Of a DNA stretch of 64,000 nucleotides, positions 61,800 through 64,000 are shown piece after piece. The notes below the pieces were generated by a model, which saw only the letters and a list, made by a program, of their open reading frames with translations, had not been told where the DNA came from and made no database searches. Every line of letters begins with the position of its first letter. Position 1 is the stretch's first letter. A program made the translations under genes and the position numbers. The stretch comes from Squalus acanthias (taxonomy: Eukaryota): positions 155,188,001-155,252,000 of the forward strand of contig CM059431.1 of NCBI GenBank assembly GCA_030390025.1. Reading direction: 5' to 3'.

Positions 61800-64000
61800 T
61801 AATCCAAATTTCAGGATTGCAAGGAACACGCCAAGACACAATGGCTCGTATTTTCCGATGCCTACGTGTGAGTACACGCGATGTACATACACGTAGGGAC
61901 ATCGGTAATGCCGGTTTCAGGCATGCGAAGCGAATGCGCTGAAAACCGGCATTTCGGACCTGTCAAGAATCATACATAGATACATACATAGAAGATAGGA
62001 GCAGGAGTAGGCCATCCGGCCCTTCGAGCCTGCTCCGCCATTTAATGAGATCATGGCTGATCCTTCAATTCAGTATCCCGTCCCCGCCTTCTCTCCGTAA
62101 CCCTTAACCCCTTTTGCCTGTAGAAATATATCTAATTCCCTCTTAAATATATTTAATGAGCTGGCGTACACTGCCCTCTGTGGCAATGAGTTCCACAGGT
62201 TCACCACTCTCTGAGTGAAGAAATTCCCCCTCATTTCTGTCCTAAATGGTTTAGCCCTTATCCTTAAATTATGTCCTCTAGTTCTGTTCTCACCCGCCAA
62301 GGGAAACATTCCTTCTGCATCTAATCTGTCTAGACCTGTCAGAATTTTATACACTTCTATGAGGTCCCCTCTCAATCTTCTAAACTCCAGTGTGTACATC
62401 CCTAAACTACATAGTCTCTCCTCATAGGTCAATCCCGCCATTCCTGGTATCAGCCTGGTGAATCGCCGCTGCACCCCCTCCATGGCAAGAACATCTTTCC
62501 TCAGATGAGGCGACCAAAACTGTACACAGTACTCGAGGTGTGGTCTCACCAGTGCCCTGTACAGCTGCAGCAAGGTATCCCTGTTCCTGTATTCCAACCC
62601 TTTTGCTATGAAGGCCAGCATACCGTTTGCCTTCTTGACCGCCTGTTGCACCTGCATGCTCGCCTTCAGTGACTGGTGTACAAGAACACCCAGGTCTCTC
62701 TGTACTTCCCCCTCTCCCAATTTATTGCCATTTAAATAATAATTTGCCCTCCCGTTCCTGCACCCAAGGTGGATAACTTCGCACTTGTCCACATTATAGT
62801 GCATCTGCCATTTATCCGCCCAATCACCCAGTCTGTCCAAATCGCTCTGGAGCTTCCTGGTCTCCTCCTCTGAGCCCACCCCCCCTCCTAGTTTAGTGTC
62901 GTCTGCAAATTTGGAAATGCTGCATTCGACTCCCTGATCCAGGTCATTAATATAAATTGTGAACAGCTGGGGACCCAGGACAGATCCCTGTGGTACCCCA
63001 CTTGTTACTGCCTGCCATTCAGAAAATGAGCCGTTTATTCCAACTCTCTGTTTTCTATCTGACAGCCAGTTCTCTATCCACGTCAATACTTTCCCCTTTA
63101 TCCCATGAGCTTCAATTTTCCATGCTAATCTTTTATGTGGGACCTTATCGAAGGCCTTTTGGAAGTCCAGGTACACCACATCTACTGGCTCTCCCCCATC
63201 TATTTTACCAGTTACTCCCTCAAAAAATTCCAATAGATTAGTCAAGCACGATTTACCCTTTGTAAATCCATGTTGACTCTGTCCTATCCTGTCCCCATTT
63301 GCTAAGTGCTCGGCTATTTCATCCTTAATGATGGACTCCAGCATTTTGCCCACAACTGATGTAAGGCTTACAGGTCTGTAATTACCTGCTTTTTCCCTAC
63401 CCCCCTTTTTGAATAGTGGGGTAACGTTAGCTACCCTCCAATCCATGGGCACTGTTCCCGAGTCTAATGAATTCTGAAAAATCATGCTTAGTGCATCCGC
63501 TATCTCTAGGGCCACCTCCTTCAGTACCCTAGGATGCATGTTATCAGGCCCTGGGGATTTGTCCGCCTTCAATCCCTTTAGCTTCCTTAACACCATATCC
63601 TTAGAGATATTGATTTGCGTCAGTTCCTCCTTTGCCAATGTCCCTATTTTTCCCGATATCCCAGGGAGGTTTTTTGTGTCTTCCTTCGTAAAGACTGACC
63701 CAAAGTATGCATTTAGTTGGTCTGCCATTTCCTTATTTCCCATTATATATTCCCCCGTATCTGACTGCAATGGACCAACTTTGGTTTTCACCAGTCTTTT
63801 CCTCTTGATATACTTATAAAAGCTTATAAAATCATCTTGGCAGATCGGACGCTTGCCCCAGAGAAGGGCCTCTGCGGCTGGAGATTTCCGCTGCAGGACA
63901 ACCGCTCTTGAAAACACTTAAAAATCGTACTCCTGGTAAAAGCAGGCGTAAGGCCTGCTTTCCCCAGCACAAGAATTTAAAAAAGTAAAAAATTATATAT
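61800..64000. mobile_element. MITE-like DNA element split by a young CR1
   Basis: Shares tgcgctgaaaaccggc with the MITE at 37730. The flanks rejoin as ctgtcaag-aatcat-cttggcag. Confidence 0.6.
61974..63829 (-). mobile_element. Young 5'-truncated CR1 LINE with uninterrupted RT ORF and 6-bp TSD
   Basis: ORF 62070..63917 is open throughout (YLDFQKAFDKVPH, GVPQGSVLGP, FADDTKL); its first ~30 aa are flanking DNA. AATCAT occurs at 61968-61973 and 63830-63835. Confidence 0.95.

Noticed and set aside
62070..63917. 615-aa ORF as a host gene or complete ORF2
   Set aside because: It is a 5'-truncated CR1 RT lacking the endonuclease, and its start lies in flanking MITE DNA.

Overview
Eukaryotic, repeat-dominated DNA, most likely from a cartilaginous fish (shark). 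The basis for that call is my recognition of the CR1, L2, Penelope, RTE and V-SINE families. Most ORF-track entries are pieces of retroelements or translations of tandem repeats. Main signals: (1) at 1-3810 (minus), a decayed endogenous retrovirus-like element with gag CCHC, PR, RT YVDD, a catalytically dead RNase-H-like tether, an IN C-terminus and a spliced, signal-peptide-bearing env-like ORF; (2) two phase-compatible + strand coding exons (42750-42813 and 60927-61096, about 18 kb intron) resembling the N-terminal death-fold/CARD-like region of chondrichthyan NLR (NACHT-LRR) genes, with the rest of the gene probably beyond the window; (3) an orphan transmembrane exon (28221-28349) and nearby decayed exon-like pieces; (4) an old, rearranged local segmental duplication (about 29.6-34.1 kb vs 43.6-57.7 kb); (5) two near full-length CR1 elements with different tandem 5' monomers; (6) two G-rich minisatellites, TIR-bearing MITEs and a tRNA-Glu pseudogene. 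Repeat boundaries were read by eye and are approximate, and family names come from motif recognition rather than database searches.
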